Part shown: positions 30,214 to 45,922 of the stretch, in pieces
Layout: every line of letters starts with the position of its first letter
Numbering within the stretch: position 1 is the first letter of the stretch
Origin: the human T2T-CHM13v2.0 reference genome, Homo sapiens
Strand: one strand, 5' to 3'
NCBI RefSeq assembly: GCF_009914755.1
Contig: NC_060935.1
DNA length: 64,000 bases
Translations under genes and position numbers: made by a program
The notes under the pieces: model-generated
What the model saw: only the letters and a program-made list of their open reading frames with translations
Database searches by the model: none
What the model was told of the DNA's origin: nothing

Positions 30214-32627
30214 TAAAGCACCTTACAATCTTGACATTTAACTTGACACCCCCCAAACCCACATATTCTAACTCCACATCTCCTCCCCATACTAGCTTCT
30301 GGGATGCTAGCTGGCTGGACATCAGTGAGGGGCAGTGAGGGGCAAGGAGTGCGGAAAGAATACAAAAACACACATGAAGACAGCTTGACTCCTCATGGTC
30401 TACACCGCTCAAACACACCCATAGAAAGCCTATTAGGAAATGTGACTAAAGTTCAAACTATATATGCCCCAGGGAAGGGACTGTGTTGTCTACAAACAGG
30501 GAGGATGTCTTCACCAAGGCCCCCCATGAGCAGGGACAGCTCCCAACTCAAGGAATAGACTCAATTCATACTTGGCAGTCCCTGACCTGGCTCTTTGAAA
30601 GGACAAGGCACACACAGCTACCCACTTGTCCAAGTAACAAGATCAGCCTTCAGAGGATGTTTCTTTGATGCTCTCAACGTAGAACATGATCTCTCAGGTT
30701 TTCTAAGGATGACTATGACTTTTGGAAATAACTACAAGTTATCTGGAATAACAACTAGTTAAAAAAAATGGTGGTCGTGCTTGGGGATGCCATTTGTTAT
30801 CCATATGAAAAAAGTCTCAAAAACAATTTTCTCACTTGGCTGAAAACCTGGCTCTGATGGAAACTTCTAGTGGTGATTTACCACAATGGGTAATGAGCAG
30901 TGGGACATCAACAGTGCATGTGTACAGCCTCCCGAAGAGACAACACTGAAAGGAACATCCTTCACTTGGATGAGGACATTCTGATACATTTGTTTCAGCC
31001 AGTTACATCCCACAGGCATGTTTCCCATTAAGAGCCTGGTGGGGCAGACAATGATTTGTCCTCAACTCCTCAGAATGAGTGTACTCTGCTGATGAGTCTC
31101 ACCTAAGAACCGAGTCTCATCTAAGAACCAACTTCTCTTCCCAGAGAAGAGCCTGTGCCCCCGAGCTGAGCAACCTTGAAAGGCATTCAGTTCCCAGCAG
31201 CATGCCCTCAGGCACACTGCGTCACGCAGACCCCTGGGAGAGGAGACCCAAAAACCTGCACACGCAGACTGCTGCTGTCCTCAAATAAAACCTATTGACT
31301 TAAAAGCCTGTTTGCCAGGTTTCTGTGTTATCGGAAATCCCAAAGTACAATGGGATGATTAACAAAGACTTCTCTCTCCCTGGTTTGGGCTACATGAATG
31401 CTGATTATTTTGCTGGAGGGATGTGGGCTGAAGATGAAAACAGTGAGCTAGAGTTTGAACCCAACCTCCTCCCATCTGAAATGAACAAAAGAACTTAGGA
31501 CTAGACAAAATCAGTCTGGAGAAGCCCAGCTGGAAAGTGACTTGATTTTCCTCTGAACTTTGTCAAGGATGTGTGAAGTGAGCCTGAACAGGAAGACACT
31601 TTCTCTGTCCCTATATATAAAAGGAGTGCTTCTGCTTCCTGCATATTTGGCACTAAATGCATATAACTGACAGATGTAGTAAGAAAGAGAGGTTATAGAT
31701 ACAGAAGCTATTTTTTTTCTGTTGGGTCTGAAATTAGGTGGGTTTGGTCAATGAGATCTGGTTAATGGGAGGCTCTCAATCAACGGTGTGAGCTGAAGTA
31801 GAATGAAGGAATCAGAGCAAGATGTCTATGATGCTGCAACAAGTGGTCACCAAGACAATGATCACCACCTCTTCAGGACAGGTACATAAAGTCAAGCAAG
31901 CAGAGGGATTAGGCTGTACTTGTTGAGCACCTACTGCATGCATGCCAGGCACTTGGCCTGCATTATCTCACTTAACCCTGCCAAGTCAGTTTTGGTATCT
32001 CTATTTATAGAGGAGGAAACTAAGGCTCACAGAGACAAATAACTTATTCGAGATAGAAATTGGACTCCAAAACCTGGGCTTTGCCACAGAAAGACCCTAT
32101 GGCAGGTCCCAAGGTCTGAGAGAAGCAGGCTTTTGCTCTTTTCAGCCCTAAGACCAACCCCCAGGTCAAGGAAATCTTGTGGTGGTGGAAAGAGCAAGAG
32201 CCCAGAATAACTGGATCTCAGCCAAGTCCTGCAGCTTACTGACTCCTCCACAAGTCACATCAGTTCTCTGGACCTTGGTGTCCAGTTTTGCAAAATAAGT
32301 GGAAACCACCTCTCATCTCACAAAGCAGTTGTGTGGATTGAAATGACACTGAAAACCATAAAGCACCCAAGACATACAAAGCATTATTTGGAACTGTTAC
32401 CAGTGAAGACCCCAGAATTTAAATCCCAGCTACACTTTATTTCCAAGGCATATGTCTCCAGAAAGCTCAAGGTGCCAAACAATTAACTTCTAAACAACAG
32501 TCATCTCCTACAAACATCCCAATAGCATCTTATAAAAATAAATTGTTTAAAGCACAGTAATTCTGTGTCTGGAGGACTGAGTTCCCATTCTTTCCCCAGG
32601 AGAACAGTAATGTCAAGAATCATCAAG

Positions 32628-33048
32628 GGCTAGGAACAGAGGCTCCATAACTATAAACCTAGCACTTTGGGAGGCTGAGGCAGGAGGATCATCTGAGGCC
32701 AGGAGTTCAAGACCAGTCTGGTCTTGAGACTCTGTCTCTATTAAAATTAAAAAAAAAAAAAAATCAGCTAGGCGCAGTGGCTTACACCAGTAATCTCAGG
32801 CCAAGGCAAGCGGATCGCTTGAGCTAAGGAGCTCAAGACCTGGGCAACATAATGAGACCCCGTCTCTATGAAAAATACAAAAATTAGCCGAGAGTGGTGG
32901 TGCACGCCTGTAGTCCCACCTACTAGGGAGGCTGAGGCACAAGAACTGCTTGAACCTGGGAGGCAGAGGCTGTAGTGAGCCGAGATCACGTCACTTCACT
33001 CCAGCCTTGGCACAGAGCAAGGCTTGCTCTCATTCATTAAATAAATAA
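32628..33048 (+). repeat. FLAM monomer (32628-32763) followed by an Alu (32766-33048)
   Basis: two consecutive Alu-family units, each with an A-rich end. Confidence 0.8.
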
Positions 33049-35499
33049 GTCATCAACACTATGATGGGAGGTTAGAAAGCTATAAGGAAACACAAATCTT
33101 TTACTGAGAACACCTTATTAAATGACACCTTTATCCCATTAATTCCTGGGAAAGCTGGCCCCCAAAGTCATGCTCTGTCCTCAAGGAATCTACACACAGA
33201 GAGCTCGGCTAAAACTACTGGTATAGAGGAAAAGTAAATGAGAAGAGGACACATTCACAAACACCAGCACCTTTTTTTTAGTAGCTTACACCCATCAGCT
33301 AAGGGTTTGGGGAAAGCAATGCACAATGAAAACTAGGAAACAAAAGAAAGCTCTTATCCCAAACAGGCAGACACCTCCCTCCACACCCCCTCTTCTCAGA
33401 GAAAGAGACACACACAGACAGACCGCCAACGCTCACTGTAAACTCCCAACAGCCTGGGGGAGGCTGTCTGACACGGGTTTTCATTCAGCAACTGTGGTCT
33501 CACTACTCGACTATGGCTTATTGTGTTCCTTCTCCTTCCCCCTCAAGTCCTTTCTTGAACACAGGCTGCAGTTCCTCACCCCACTCTACCCCAGGAGCTA
33601 GAAACCAGCCCAAACAGCAGCCTCTCACTTGGCATGAAAATAACCCATAAGCACTGTGTGCCGCCATCCCCACCTCCCCATGCCTGTTCCTCAAATCGGA
33701 GTATTGACCCGAACCTGGCACAAGTCCTTTTCTGTTGTATGACCCTGGACCAGTCTCTTCTAACCAGTGCCTTTGGTGAGCCCTCTTCTAGCCTATCTGC
33801 TCCTCCTAGCTTAACAAGCAGCTACTTCTCTCATTACATAATGATATTTTTTACTGGAGATCTGAGCACATCCAAGACTAGCAGGAGGTAAAAGAAGAGG
33901 ACAAGAAGGGAAGTCACAGGAAGAAACAAAATTACTACTTACAGGAAGCAGCTTCCCTTCCTCACACAGCAAAGCCACCACTGCAGCATTTTTGCCCAGC
34001 ACAGACAGAGCCAAAGACAGAGCCAAAGACATGGTTGCTGTGTGGCAATGACTGCATCCCCAGTGCTGATGCCCTTCAAAACAGCAATACCAAAGGCCCA
34101 GCCAACACCCAGGTGTTTGAATGAACTAAAGACCCCATCACCATCTCTTCCCCTACGTGCGACTATCATAGACACTGTCTCCTAGTCCAGGGAAGAAAAC
34201 TGAACAGTCAAGTTTCTGCATCTGCTTGCCAGGTGTTTCCATTTTTCCTCATTTTTCTGCTACCATGGCAACCAAATACAACAGGCAAAGCTAGCCCAAG
34301 ACTGCCAGCATCTAGAGACAAGGTGCTGGCTATGTCAGCTGCAGACACAAAGCATCAGCCTCACAGCCCAGGGCTCAGCAGATGAGCAACAGGACAGACT
34401 CCTGTGGGAGTTTAGGAGCAACTCCCCTCTCCAGTGCTCTAAATCTCACGCCAGCTTTACCAACTTGTAGCTGCAGAAGGAATAGGAGACAGCCATCTCC
34501 TAGCAGCAAGTGATACCCCGCCCCCGAACCCATAATCAGCACATGCCATAGATGAGTCTCACCCTGCAACCTGCAAAATGAACCGCCTTTAGCAAAGAGG
34601 TCAAAGATCTGGAAGATAATTCTTACCTTTGGAAAGACAGTATCTTCTTTAAGTGCTATCCTCCAAACACCGCTCACAACATTCCAGGAAATTCCAACTT
34701 GTGTTTCTTTTCCAAATAATCCAATGAGAAAACTGAAGGCTGCTCAGACCCCAATGGAAACAACAAGCTAAACTCACTGGGATGCTGGGAAAGGCAGGTC
34801 AAGCAAGGGCACCCTCCAGGTTTGGAGCCTCCAAAGTGATCTTGCATGCCTTGCAGCTGACGTCTCAGCACACAAGCGGGCCCCTGAACTTCCTAAGCGC
34901 ATACTGTCTTCTCTCAACCTTAGGCCCCACCTCAACATCAAATGCTTGGCAGAGCCTGGGGATCGGTGTACACAGCCTGCTGTCAGTCAAATGCTAGCGT
35001 CACTGCTCGGGAACGCTTCTCTCCTCTTCCCCGAGAGCTGCAGAGGCATTTGTCAGTGGCTCCCTGGGCAGCCCAGCACTGAGGAGAAAACACTCCTGTA
35101 CACGGGCACCAAACATCAAAACCACAGTCCTGGAAGTTCTGTGTCAAGGACTACCCCTTTAGGAGGGGCCCTGCATGTGGCTCTTTTAGCCAGAAAGGGT
35201 CTGGCTTCAAGCTCACAATTCAAGAAAGTCACTGAGAATCAGGAAAGAGGCTTAGAAGAGGAGCAAAATGATCCAATAACTGGAAATTAGGCCCCAAGAT
35301 AAAAGGTTTGAGAACATTTTCTGGAGAAAAGACTACTGAGGAGGCTTGGCATCTTTCAAACAAGTGCAAAGTTATTACAGATGAAATTTCATTGCTACAA
35401 ATACAATTACAATCTCTCTGCAGCAGTAGCCTACTCACTCAGCGCACTGAGTATGGACAAGGAAGAAGATTGTCCCCAGAAGACCTCTGAAATGAGAAG

Positions 35500-35730
35500 C
35501 AGTATAGCATAGTGTTTAGAAGCATGGCATCTAGGACCAGACTATCTGGATTCAAATCCTGACTCCACCACTTACTCTCTGTGTGACCTTTGGCAAGACT
35601 CTTAACCTCTCTGTGCCTTAGTATTCATGATAATAATGGTATCTTCCTCACAGGATTGCTGTGAAAATTAAATATATGTAAAGCACTTAGAAAAGTACCT
35701 GCTAATAGTAAGGGTGCTAAGTGTTAGCTA
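35500..35730 (+). repeat. MIR (representative; others at ~3040-3250, 6960-7140, 14160-14340, 17770-18020, 31920-32080, 40760-40950, 46560-46730, 49150-49350, 51520-51840, 54350-54490, 61960-62100)
   Basis: MIR core TTCAAATCCTGACTCCACCACTTAC...TGTGACCTTTGGCAAG...CTCTCTGTGCCT. Confidence 0.7.
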
Positions 35731-35871
35731 TAAAAATAATAATAATACTAGCAATACTATTAATATTATTTATTTTAAAAGCTCCCAACTCTTATTCTAG
35801 GAGGTAAAATACTTCATTTAATGTTAAAGAGGAAATTCTAGATCTTGAAACAAGGGATGCTATAAACTGTC

Positions 35872-36234
35872 TGATACAGTTTGGCTGTGTTCCCACCCAA
35901 ATTTCATCTTGAATTTGTAGCTGCCATAACTCCCACATGTCATGGGAGGGACCCAGTGGAAGGTAATTGAATCATGGCAATGGGTTTTTCCCATGCTGTT
36001 CTTGTGATAGTGAGTAAGTCTCACAAGATCTGATGGCTTTATAAAGGGGAGTTCCCCTGCACACACTCTCTTGCCTGCAGCCATGTAAGATGTGACTTTG
36101 CTCCTTATTTGCCTTCCGCCATGATTGTGGGACCTCCCCAGCCATGTGGAACTGTGTTAATTAAACCTCTTTCCTTTATAAATTACCCAGTCTCAGGTAT
36201 GTCTTTATTAGCAACATGAGAACAGACTAATACA
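35872..36234 (+). mobile_element. THE1 (MaLR) solo LTR, THE1B/C-like
   Basis: TGATACAGTTTGGCTGTGTTCCCACCCAAAT...GAACAGACTAATACA; TG...CA ends; 5-bp TSD CTGTC/GTGTC. Confidence 0.9.
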
Positions 36235-36818
36235 GTGTCTTTCTTAGAAAATTATGGACTGGGTTGAAATTTGTATGCCTATAGCTTTCACCCATTAATC
36301 TGACACCTGCCTTTGCCCGCCACATGATAAATGTACCCCACTTCCACTTGCTAGCCCTTCTTGAAGACTTTTACCACATCCTCCATCTTCTCTCCTGCAG
36401 ATTAATCACAATAGGTCACAGGATAGGGCTTCTAGAACCCTCACCATAATGGTCCCCCTCCTCAGGGGAATATCAATTGCTCAACACCTCTCTTAAAATT
36501 TAGTATCTAGAACATGGTGTTTGGAGCTTGGCATGCCCTTTGTACTCCATCAATTTGTATTGAATGAATGAATGAAGTGGTTCACAAAAACCACGATGTA
36601 ACAGAACTATTCTCCCCCTTTCTCTATGCATTGTACTTTTATTAATACAGCCTGAGCTTGTATTAGCTCTCCCATGAGGCATTTTCACAAACCTACTGGC
36701 TTGGGAAGTGTCCCCTGGGGGAACAAGGCTACAGAACCCATTGACTGATGCCTAGTCCCCTCAGGGGGTGTAACAAAAAACTGGGTAGCATAACAGAAAA
36801 GGTCAAATGAGAAAATTA

Positions 36819-37531
<713 letters not shown>

Positions 37532-37534
37532 CAA

Positions 37535-38158
<624 letters not shown>

Positions 38159-38575
38159 GGAACAAGAACACTCAGAGCTCATGTCCTCTGGCCCCATTAG
38201 ATCACAGCTTTCACATTATTTCTTTCGTTTATGCCTCTGACCTGTAAAATGAGAAACCATCGTTTGGAGGGGCATGGATGGGTTATTCCAAGCAGCTCAG
38301 GCAAGTCCTACCTGCCAACAGTGGGGAGATCTATCTGTTCACACCAATAATGCCCTAGGAGAAGTCACCATGGGATGGGTTTAAATTTTTTCTTTTCTTT
38401 TATTCCCATAGAAGAAGAAACTCAAGATTATGTGACTAAAATCTACCTAAGATTGTCACTGCAGCCCAGAGAATGGATGGACACTTGGGGGTGGGGGGTG
38501 AAGTGGGAAGACACCTGGGGGTGAAGAGAACTAGGGAGTAATTTAGAAGGGATGAAAAGAGCAAGTTGCCTAAAT

Positions 38576-38754
38576 CAGTAGTTCTTAAACTCTTACCTGC
38601 ATCAGAATCAACTGGAAGGCTTGTGAAAACACAGATTGCTGGGGCCTACCTCTAGAGTCTCTGATTCAGTAGGCCTGGGGTGGGGCCAAGAATTTACAGT
38701 TCTAACACCTTCTCAGGTGATGCTGATTCAGAGATCACACTTTGAGAACCGCTG
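38576..38754. mobile_element. MER5A (hAT-Charlie) MITE
   Basis: TIRs CAGTAGTTCTTAAACT ... ACTTTGAGAACCGCTG; internal GCATCAGAATCA and TCTGATTCAGTAGG. Confidence 0.8.
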
Positions 38755-39633
38755 CTCCAGAAGAATTACCTACAAGAAACTGGGGAGTGGAGGCTCTGGC
38801 AAGAGGAGTCAATGTGGTTACAACTCTCCAGTGCTTGGCCTCAGTGGATTCTCTTTGGAGAAGAAAAAGAAAGGAGCCAGTTTTCCTTTTTCCACCCAAG
38901 ACATTAGTCTGAGACATAACACACTACATAATAAAATTAAGCTCCTCTAAGGGAACAAAACAAGAATCTCATTCATTTGCATAATTTATAAAAACTGTTT
39001 CTGTGAGGAGACATCATGCCTCACTCACCCTCCAGAGCTTCCCCAGGAGGTAAATCTAAGTGTATTTCATTTAGGAGGAAGCAATTTAGGTAATTGGTTG
39101 CAGCCCCCCTCTTCAACCGTATCTGCACACTCCCCTTCACAAACCTCCACTGCAAGTCAGCCTTCTTTCACTTTGACCCCACCAAGGCTGGACACACTCT
39201 CCTCAGCTGTGAATGACACCTACACACATGCACGTGTACACACTTATCTTCCTTTATCTAAATCTTCCCTCTTCCTCCAGTTTAAGGCCAGAGGCTTCAA
39301 GAAAGTCTTTCCCCTCTTTCATCCCTATCATAGTCAATCAATCACCAAATTCTGTTCATTTTACTTCCCAAGTACCTCCAGAATCCACCCAGTGCTCCTC
39401 ATTTTTCACTTAAACTCAACTGGTGTAGATCCCCCATGCTCTACCCTCCTTCCCCTCTAAGTCTTTGCCCAGGTTGTTCACCTTGACTAGACAGATATCA
39501 GTTTAAACCACATCCCTTCCCAGATGAGGAGGCCTTCTGTGGTCCCTAAGCCAGGTTAGAGTCCCCTTTATCAATTCCCATTGAACCCTATGTTTCCTCT
39601 ATCATGAACATTTATCACATTTGTGATCTCTTA

Positions 39634-39875
39634 TTACCAGAGCAGACCCTAGCCTATCCTGACTGATTCTATACGACTGACGCAGGAATTAGAACACTCA
39701 GAACTCATGTCCCCTGGAACCATCAGATTATAGCTTTCACATTATTTCTCTTCTCCATGCCTCTAATCTGTAAAATGAGAAACTATCCTTTGAGGGGCAA
39801 GCACACATTATTCCAAGCATCTCAGGTGAGTCCTACCTGCCAACAGTGGGGAGATGTATCTGTTCACACCAATAA
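39634..39875 (+). repeat. Copy 2 of the ~240-bp duplication, inside an L2 remnant
   Basis: see copy 1; L2-like sequence on both sides. Confidence 0.9.
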
Positions 39876-41748
39876 GAGCAGGCAAATTCCCTACTCAACT
39901 GTAAGCTCCTCACCACCAGGACCACATCTGTGTTGCTTGCTGCTGTACCTGTAGAGTCCAGCACAGCCCCAGACACAATGTAAGTACTCACTAGGTATTT
40001 AATGTATAAGTGCAGGAATCCTCCCTTCTTCTCAATGCCTATAGCATATTCTGCCTGTTGCAAGGAATGTCTGGCCAATCAGTGCCACACACCACCTGAG
40101 ACAAGCAGGTACCTCCATGACATCCAGGAGATGGGATCTAGAGGAAAAAAGTAAGCCTTAAAAAGGAGGTGCATCTTCTCCTTGGAAGCTGGATGGAATT
40201 GAAATTAACTACAGGGATGTTTCGGTAGTAGGAAAGAGGCTACCTTCTGAAGAGAAGTGGTCAGTAGACAAAGTCTTCTGTTAAGAATGAGAGCAAAAGG
40301 AATTGTGTGTGACAAGTGTTTTGTAATGGTAGGTCTGCATTTTCCTGCAGCTCTTATGGAAGTTGGTAACTTCCCAAGCTAAAGGTTCTGACGGACTCTC
40401 CATCCAGACTTAATAACAACAGGCACCTGTGTCTCCGGGATGCCTGAGGACTGAACTCAATAACCTCCCAAGAGCTTCTGACCTTCAGGATTCTATAAAC
40501 AAATTCATTCTGAGCGGAATTTGGGGAATCCACATATCCTGGCTCTTTTTACACAGCAGTTCTTTATCAATCTAGGAGACAAGACAATCTTTACCTTCCA
40601 CTCACTCTCTTTACTAGTATTAATGCTTCCAAAGTCAGATTCCCAACCCCAGCCCCTGATTGTCATCTCCCATGGACCACCAGCATCAAAATAACTTAGG
40701 AAGTGGCCTCTGACTGTGACAGGAGTTGGACTTGATGAAGGGAACACCACGCAAAGGCAGCACAGGCCTTGAAGCCTGGCTAACCTGGGACGGCATCTTG
40801 GCTCTCCTAAGCTGTGTGTCTCTGGGCACTTCTTTGGGTCTCAGGTTCTTCATCTCTAAAATGGTGATGGTCTATCTCTCAGGATGATCCTATTAAATGA
40901 GATATGCATGTAATGCCTCCGGCACAGAGCATATGTGCAAGGATGTCAGTTTCCCCATAATTATAGCTTTCTAGCTTTAAACGTACTGTGGGATAATGAT
41001 TCTAAGCTGAAAATACTATAAAGATGAAATGGTATGTGTGGAATTTGCTTCAAAATAATCTAGGGGATGAAGGTGAAGGGATAGATAAAATAAAATTAGC
41101 CATGTTTTGGAAATTGTTGAAGATGGGCAATGAGTATATTGAATTTATTACCGTATCTCTTTTTGTATATTTTAATTTTTTTCCATAATAAAAAGTTTAA
41201 AGGTGTAGATACTAAGGGAGGGAAATGCTGTAAAAATATAAATACTGAGAGTTTATTTTAAGATCATATTTGGTCTATGTAACTAAACAGAGGAAAAATG
41301 ATTTGAAGAAGAAAAAAACCTTTAAAGCTAACATCTATTTGTTACTTTCCAAAACACAAATATTTTCTTCAAATAGAACTGTCTCAGATGAATGGAAGGG
41401 GACAGAGCCACCTGTGCACATTTCTTACCTTCCTTTTTTGGGAAAACACATCCTGCTTGGGCTGTACATGTATTTTTATGTAGACAAGCCCTGGGTGGTA
41501 GAGCCCACCTGAGCACCTGAGAGCCCTGCTGAAACTGAGCTGAGGAGCAGGAAAGTTCCCATGTTAGGAAAAGAGAACAGAAAGAACTCAGAATGTCCAG
41601 GGACGATGGGGATTACCAGCTCTCCTCTCTTTGGACTCCTATTTGAGGCTTCCCTGGGAGGCTGATTCAGCTCAGTCTGAGGGTACACCCCCTACCCCCA
41701 CCCCCACACACACACTACACACACACATTTTTTAAGAGATGGGGTCTA

Positions 41749-42062
41749 GGGCAGGATGTGGTGGCTCATGCCTGTAATCCCAGCACTTTGGGAGGCTGAG
41801 GCAGGAGGATTGCTTCAGCTCAGGAGTTTGAGACCAGCTTGGGCAACATGGCGAAACCCTATCTCTACAAAAAATACAAAAATATGCTGGGTGTGGTGGT
41901 GCATGCCTGTAGTTCCAGCGACTTGGGCGGCTGAGACAGGAGGACTGCTTGAGCCCAGGGAGGCCAAGGCTGCAGTGAGCCAAGATTGTGCCACTGCACT
42001 CCAGCCTGGGTGACAAAGCCTGGGTGACAAAAAGACCCTGCCTCAAAAAAAAAAAAAAAAAA
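41749..42062 (+). repeat. AluJ inserted into an older antisense FLAM (41725-42155)
   Basis: TSD AAGA(G/T)ATGGGGTCT; 14-bp internal tandem duplication AGCCTGGGTGACAA. Confidence 0.85.
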
Positions 42063-42499
42063 GATATGGGGTCTTGTTAGCCTTGAACTCCTGGGCTCAA
42101 ATCCATCCTCCCACCTCAGCCTCCCAAGTATCTGGTAATACAGGTGTGTGCCAGCTATATTTTCACCCAGATGAGTGGGTCCTCTTCAAACAGGGCTAAT
42201 GTGCCAGAAGATATAGCAGGAGAAAGGGTTCATTCAGGGGAAAGGGAACTTTAAAGAGGCTCTGACAATACCCATCATAGCACATCCCTGTATCAACTCT
42301 CCTCTTCCATATCTTGCCACTGAAAGAAGTGTGAAGGTTGAAAAATAAAATTCTTCTCATATTCCTGTTTGAATCAACCAACCCACTCACCCCAAGCCCC
42401 TCTGTCTCAGAGAAAACAGTCCAGTAAGTTTTGTTTTCAGCAAATGCCTTTAGTCTCCCATACTCTGCCCAGATAAGGAGAATACATAAAAAGACTTAC

Positions 42500-42583
42500 T
42501 CTTCTTGAAGAATGAATTCACTATTTTCTGGAGAAAACTGTCCCGTCACAGGATGCCTGAATGCTGTGGTCTGCTGGTTATGG
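42500..42583 (-). CDS. PLEKHA7: PLEKHA7 coding exon (84 nt, probably exon 4): (D)HNQQTTAFRHPVTGQFSPENSEFILQE(E), C-terminal part of WW domain 2
   Basis: Minus strand TCTCTTTCTCTTTAG|CCATAAC...CAAGAAGA|GTAAGT; WW-type 'HN..TT..HP' motif; split codon GA|G joins the next exon in frame; recognised as PLEKHA7 sequence. Confidence 0.93.
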
Positions 42584-43373
42584 CTAAAGAGAAAGAGAGA
42601 AGATGGATGAGAATTCGTGTGAATGGAAGGAGTACAGACACGACAGGTCAGTCAGCAATGTCTGGTGACCCTGGTCATCAAAGATTTCACAGGGGGAGAA
42701 ATGTGGGCCTTTCCTCTGAGACACACTTAGTCTGTCAGAACCCCGCCACACTAAGAAAAGCCCAAGAATTTCCAGCTCAGGTGCCAGAGCCCACCTACGA
42801 GACAGGGAGACTTCTAAGGAAGTCTTGGCTCCAAGAGAATACTGCATCTTGGAGAGACATTCCATGAAGTACTTACTCCAGCAAACTGAGACGATGAACA
42901 AAAAGTAACACTTTAAGACAGTACGAGCTAAAACAAGAATGAAGGAAAGCAGATGACACTTAAGACAGCTTCCAAATCCATGAATCTAGCAAAAGAATTC
43001 TAAGAATTAACCACCCACCCACAAAAATCTATCTTCTGAAAATTCTTCTCCCTACTACAAAATGTCTTCACTTCAGTGATGGGATATAAATGTATGGGCA
43101 TGTCTCTGCAACACGACCTGCACAATTTCAGCACGGTGGAGTTTCTATCACCCTTTTGAAGTTAGGAAGGATCAGCTTCCACACCAAGCTGACAGACACA
43201 AAGTGTGTAGGTGTTTTGTGCATCAACAAAGGCTGCTTGGTTCTTTGAAAGGGAGGAGGAGCTGGCTCTAGAGACTGTTGGTTTGCTCCACAAATAAACT
43301 AAACTAACCCTCCTCTTTTAAAAACAAAATATGATTTATTTAAATTTCTTTCAAAATCATAGTAAATGTAGAC

Positions 43374-43664
43374 TTTTTTTTTTTTTTTTTAAGACAGTCT
43401 CTGTTACCCAGGCTGGAGAGCGGTGGTGCAATCTCGGCTCACAGCAACTTCCGCCTCCTGGGTTCAAGTGATTCTCCTGCTTCAGCCTCCCAAGTAGCTG
43501 GAATTACAGTTGTGCACTACCACGCCCGGCTTATTTTTGTATTTTTAGTAGAGATGGGCTTTCCCCATGTTGGCCAGGCTGGTCTCAAATCTCTGACCTC
43601 AAGTGACCCACCCACCTCAGCCTCCCAAAGTGCTGGGATTACAGGTGAGCCACCGTGCCCCACC
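43374..43664 (-). repeat. AluS
   Basis: antisense Alu; TSD TGTAGAC. Confidence 0.9.
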
Positions 43665-43930
43665 TGTAGACAATTTTTAAAATGTAGAAAGTAAAAAGTC
43701 ACCCATGACCTCTCTATGTGGAGATATACCCGGGTATGTTCCCCTTCCAAGTTTTAAATTTTCTTCTACTTAAAAAGAATCACTTTAGGCTATTGAGAGT
43801 GATTTTAGTGTATATAAAAATCTGTCCTGCTTTTTCACATCCTATTAACATAGAAAAAGTCCTATATCATTAAGACTTCTTTATTTGAAATAGCTGAATA
43901 ATAGTCTTATCATATGAATGTAAACAAAAA

Positions 43931-44199
43931 TTTTTTTGACCGGGTCCCGCTCTGTTGCCCAGGTGGGAATGCAGTGGGGTGATCATGGCTTGCTGCAGGC
44001 TCAAACTCCTGGGCTCAAGTGATCCTCCCACCTCAGCCTCCGGAGTGGCTGGGACTACAGGTACATGCCACCATGCCCAGCTAAGTTTTGGGTTTTTTTG
44101 TAGAGATGAGATCTCACTATGTTGCATAGGCTGGTCTCAACCCTAGGCTCAAGTGATCCACCAGGCTTACCTCCCAAAGCGTTAGGATTATGCCTGGCC
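43931..44199 (-). repeat. AluJ within an L1ME-like remnant
   Basis: antisense Alu. Confidence 0.85.
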
Positions 44200-45046
44200 A
44201 AATGTAATTTTTTTTTTCATACAACCACTCAGAAAGTTGTCTACTGGGCACCCATGTGCTAGACACTCCTTTAGGTACTGGGGATAAAAGGTGAACAAAA
44301 AGTCCTTATCCCATGGTATTTACATTCTAGAAAGATTTATACTCTTCTAATGCTAGATATTTTAGGTGCCTCCCCCCCACTATTATAATCTATATCTCTT
44401 TCAATGTAATTTGAATTTTCCAATTCAAATTTTTCCTTGGGTTAAAGTCTCAAAGGTAAAATTACTGAATCAAAGAGCATGGTCATTTTTTAAGGTTCCT
44501 AGTACAGAGAGTTAAAATGCTTTCATAATCAATAGATCATCTCAGTTGGTATTGTTAAAATATTAGCCCCATCTCCAAATTGAGACTAAGCCTCCCTAGA
44601 GATTACTATGTCTAAATCAGCATAGCACAAAGGTTATAAAAGAAAAACTCTCTAGGCCTACAAAGTCTTTTTTTACTCTGCCCTAATGCCTGGTCAGAAC
44701 CTCTGATGTCCAGGTGTCTGGGGTAACCTGGGCACTGAAGGTTAGAGCAGCCTGAACCCTAACAAGCCAAATGTGAAGCCAGCCATGAGGCCAGGCTGTT
44801 CCTTAGTCCTGCAACTGTGTACCACCTCACCATACTGTCACCCTTCCCAACCATAGCCAGCCTCTGAATTCCCTGCTCCTGGTCCCAGGCAAGCCCGTGG
44901 AATTCTATGACCTCATTTGGCAGACAGCAGACTAGTCTTCCCAAAAAAGCAGAGTTAAGTCTGAGCATCTAAGATAAGGACAAGAAGCAGAAGCAGGCAT
45001 TCTTAACACATGTTTTAAAAATCCTTGCACCACGTTCAAGGGTTAG

Positions 45047-45373
<327 letters not shown>

Positions 45374-45621
45374 TAGAGACTTATCTCCACTTGCCAGAGA
45401 ATCTGAAAATGCAAACTTTAAATCTAAACCTGCCTCATTTCCACCTGGAGGGAAAAAAGCCCTGCTCATAACGGAAATAACCATAAAGCATTAACACCAC
45501 TATCTGTGATTATCTCTATAAATGCTTTGCAGTTTTAGAGAGGTGAATAGCTCAGAGAGGTGAATGGGGGGAGTGCCTTGTACAAGATAACTTTGTTGAT
45601 AAATTATAAGACTGGGACATG

Positions 45622-45922
45622 GCACAGGTGCAGTGGCTCACACCTGTAATCCTAGCACTTCCTGAGGCTGGGGCGGGTGAATCACTTAAGCCCAGGAGTT
45701 TGAGTTCAACCTGGGCAACATGGTGAAACTTTGTCTCTACAAAAAATACAAAAATTAGCCAGGCATGCTGTCACGCACCTGTAGTCCCAGCTACTTGGGA
45801 GGCTGAGTTGGGAGGATCACCCGAGCCAGGAGGTCAAGGCTGCAGTGAGCCATGATTGCACCACTGCACTCCAACCTAGGTGACAGAGTGAGGCTCTGTC
45901 CCAAAAACAAACAAACAAAAAA
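45622..45922 (+). repeat. AluJ
   Basis: TSD ATAAGACTGG(G/A)ACATG. Confidence 0.9.
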
